From Escherichia coli (GTDB lineage: Bacteria; Pseudomonadota; Gammaproteobacteria; Enterobacterales; Enterobacteriaceae): DNA of 64,000 bases. A program made the translations under genes and the position numbers. The stretch lies in assembly GCF_009931435.1 (NCBI RefSeq), contig NZ_CP043414.1; one strand, 5' to 3'. Below, piece by piece: positions 62,535 to 64,000 of this stretch (its first letter is position 1; each line of letters starts with the position of its first letter). The notes under the pieces were generated by a model. That model had not been told where the DNA came from and did no database searches. It saw only the letters and a list, made by a program, of their open reading frames with translations.

Positions 62535-64000
62535 ATGCCGCGTCGCTTGATCCTCTCGGCCACGGAGCGGGACACCCTGCTTGCGCTGCCGGAAAGCCAG
62601 GATGACCTGATCCGCTACTACACCTTCAACGACTCCGACCTGTCGCTGATCCGCCAGCGACGCGGCGACGCCAACCGCCTCGGCTTCGCCGTGCAGCTCT
62701 GCCTGCTGCGCTACCCCGGTTACGCGCTGGGAACCGACAGCGAGCTGCCCGAGCCGGTCATCCTGTGGGTGGCGAAGCAAGTCCAGGCCGAGCCGGCGAG
62801 CTGGGCAAAGTACGGCGAGCGCGACGTGACCCGTCGCGAGCATGCCCAGGAACTGCGCACCTACCTGCAACTGGCCCCGTTCGGCCTGTCCGACTTCCGC
62901 GCCCTGGTGCGCGAGCTAACCGAGCTGGCCCAGCAGACCGACAAAGGCTTGCTGCTGGCCGGTCAGGCCCTGGAGAGCCTACGGCAGAAACGACGCATCC
63001 TGCCGGCGCTGAGCGTGATTGACCGGGCCTGCTCGGAAGCCATTGCGCGAGCCAATCGGCGGGTCTACCGCGCCCTGGTCGAACCACTCACGGACTCGCA
63101 TCGGGCCAAGCTGGACGAGCTGTTGAAGCTCAAGGCCGGCAGCAGCATCACCTGGTTGACCTGGCTGCGCCAGGCACCGCTGAAACCCAACTCTCGGCAC
63201 ATGCTGGAACACATCGAGCGGCTGAAGACATTTCAGTTGGTGGACTTGCCCGAAGGCCTGGGCCGGCACATCCACCAGAACCGCCTGCTCAAGCTGGCCC
63301 GCGAGGGTGGGCAGATGACGCCCAAAGACCTCGGTAAGTTCGAGCCGCAGCGCCGCTACGCGACCCTGGCCGCCGTGGTGCTGGAGAGCACCGCGACCGT
63401 GATCGATGAGCTGGTCGATCTGCATGACCGCATCCTGGTCAAGCTGTTCAGCGGCGCGAAGCACAAGCATCAGCAGCAGTTCCAGAAGCAGGGCAAGGCG
63501 ATCAACGACAAGGTGCGCCTGTACTCCAGGATCGGCCAGGCGCTGCTGGAAGCGAAGGAAAGCGGCAGCGACCCCTATGCCGCCATCGAGGCGGTGATTC
63601 CCTGGGACGAGTTCACCGAGAGCGTCAGCGAGGCCGAGCTGCTGGCCCGGCCGGAAGGCTTCGACCACCTGCACCTGGTCGGCGAGAACTTCGCCACCCT
63701 GCGCCGTTACACGCCGGCCTTGCTGGAGGTGCTGGAACTGCGCGCCGCGCCGGCCGCGCAAGGCGTGCTGGCAGCCGTGCAGACCCTGCGTGAGATGAAC
63801 GCCGACAACCTGCGCAAGGTGCCGGCCGATGCACCCACGGCCTTCATCAAGCCGCGCTGGAAGCCGCTGGTGATCACCCCGGAAGGCCTCGACCGGAAAT
63901 TCTACGAAATCTGCGCCCTGTCCGAGCTGAAGAACGCCCTGCGCTCCGGCGACATCTGGGTCAAGGGCTCGCGGCAGTTCCGCGACTTCGACGACTACCT
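62535..64000 (+). CDS. tnpA: Tn21 transposase (5' partial, runs off the window)
   Basis: ATG at 62535, then an open frame to the window end: [51 protein letters not shown]... It is absent from the ORF track because it has no stop codon in the window. Confidence 0.9.
   Translation, partial: MPRRLILSATERDTLLALPESQDDLIRYYTFNDSDLSLIRQRRGDANRLGFAVQLCLLRYPGYALGTDSELPEPVILWVAKQVQAEPASWAKYGERDVTRREHAQELRTYLQLAPFGLSDFRALVRELTELAQQTDKGLLLAGQALESLRQKRRILPALSVIDRACSEAIARANRRVYRALVEPLTDSHRAKLDELLKLKAGSSITWLTWLRQAPLKPNSRHMLEHIERLKTFQLVDLPEGLGRHIHQNRLLKLAREGGQMTPKDLGKFEPQRRYATLAAVVLESTATVIDELVDLHDRILVKLFSGAKHKHQQQFQKQGKAINDKVRLYSRIGQALLEAKESGSDPYAAIEAVIPWDEFTESVSEAELLARPEGFDHLHLVGENFATLRRYTPALLEVLELRAAPAAQGVLAAVQTLREMNADNLRKVPADAPTAFIKPRWKPLVITPEGLDRKFYEICALSELKNALRSGDIWVKGSRQFRDFDDY

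Noticed and set aside
61815-63761. 351-aa and 260-aa minus-strand ORFs opposite Tn21 tnpR and tnpA.
   Set aside because: The same GC-rich shadow-ORF artefact. The plus strand encodes the recognisable resolvase and transposase.

Overview
E. coli-type chromosome. The window runs from the conserved yicS-nlpA-yicL-setC block (1-4.6 kb) into a large composite genomic island attached at the selC tRNA site. A 24-nt copy of the selC 3' end lies at 5235-5258; the tRNA gene itself is not in the window. A SicA-like type III secretion chaperone gene sits at the extreme left edge. By eye the island has four compositionally distinct parts. (i) 5.4-18.4 kb is a CP4-type cryptic-prophage backbone: DUF4942, CbtA/CbeA toxin-antitoxin, DUF987, RadC, antirestriction, DUF932, WYL/HTH regulator, YfjP-type GTPase, an AT-rich orphan, an ORF-free repeat region, three inovirus-Gp2-like genes and AlpA. 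(ii) 18.4-38.3 kb is an AT-rich regulatory and defence island. It holds a ProQ/FinO protein, an H-NS paralogue, a dGTPase-family HD hydrolase with a membrane protein, and a frameshifted IS3. It continues with a thymidylate-synthase-fold enzyme coupled to an unknown partner, a small-toxin/HTH-ImmA pair, a MazG-like NTP pyrophosphatase and an ISL3 remnant. It ends with type I R-M hsdR-hsdM-hsdS followed directly by an ABC/AAA ATPase plus an unknown partner, then a P4-type integrase remnant. (iii) 38.5-41.5 kb is virulence-type cargo: an Hra1/Hek/Tia-family outer membrane protein and a phosphoethanolamine transferase. (iv) From IS1 (41649) to the window end is a GC-rich Tn21-family transposon. 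It carries merR-merT-merP-merC-merA-merD-merE, with merP split by a Tn3-family blaTEM-1 transposon (5-bp duplication GATCA). Its urf2 gene is split by an In2-like class 1 integron (IRt-tniA-tniBdelta-IS1326-orf5-sul1-qacEdelta1-aadA1-attI1-intI1-IRi, 5-bp duplication ATGGA). It ends with tnpM-res-tnpR-tnpA, and tnpA runs off the window. The best candidates for undescribed biology are two translationally coupled pairs. One is the TS-fold enzyme, which has an Asn-to-Asp specificity switch, with its partner (23852-25773). The other is the ATPase with its partner appended to hsdS (35296-37814). Secondary candidates are the dGTPase plus membrane protein, the toxin/HTH-ImmA pair, the MazG-like gene, and the ORF-free iteron-like region at 14.3-15.6 kb. 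All family assignments come from reading motifs by eye and from memory of reference sequences. No database search was run.
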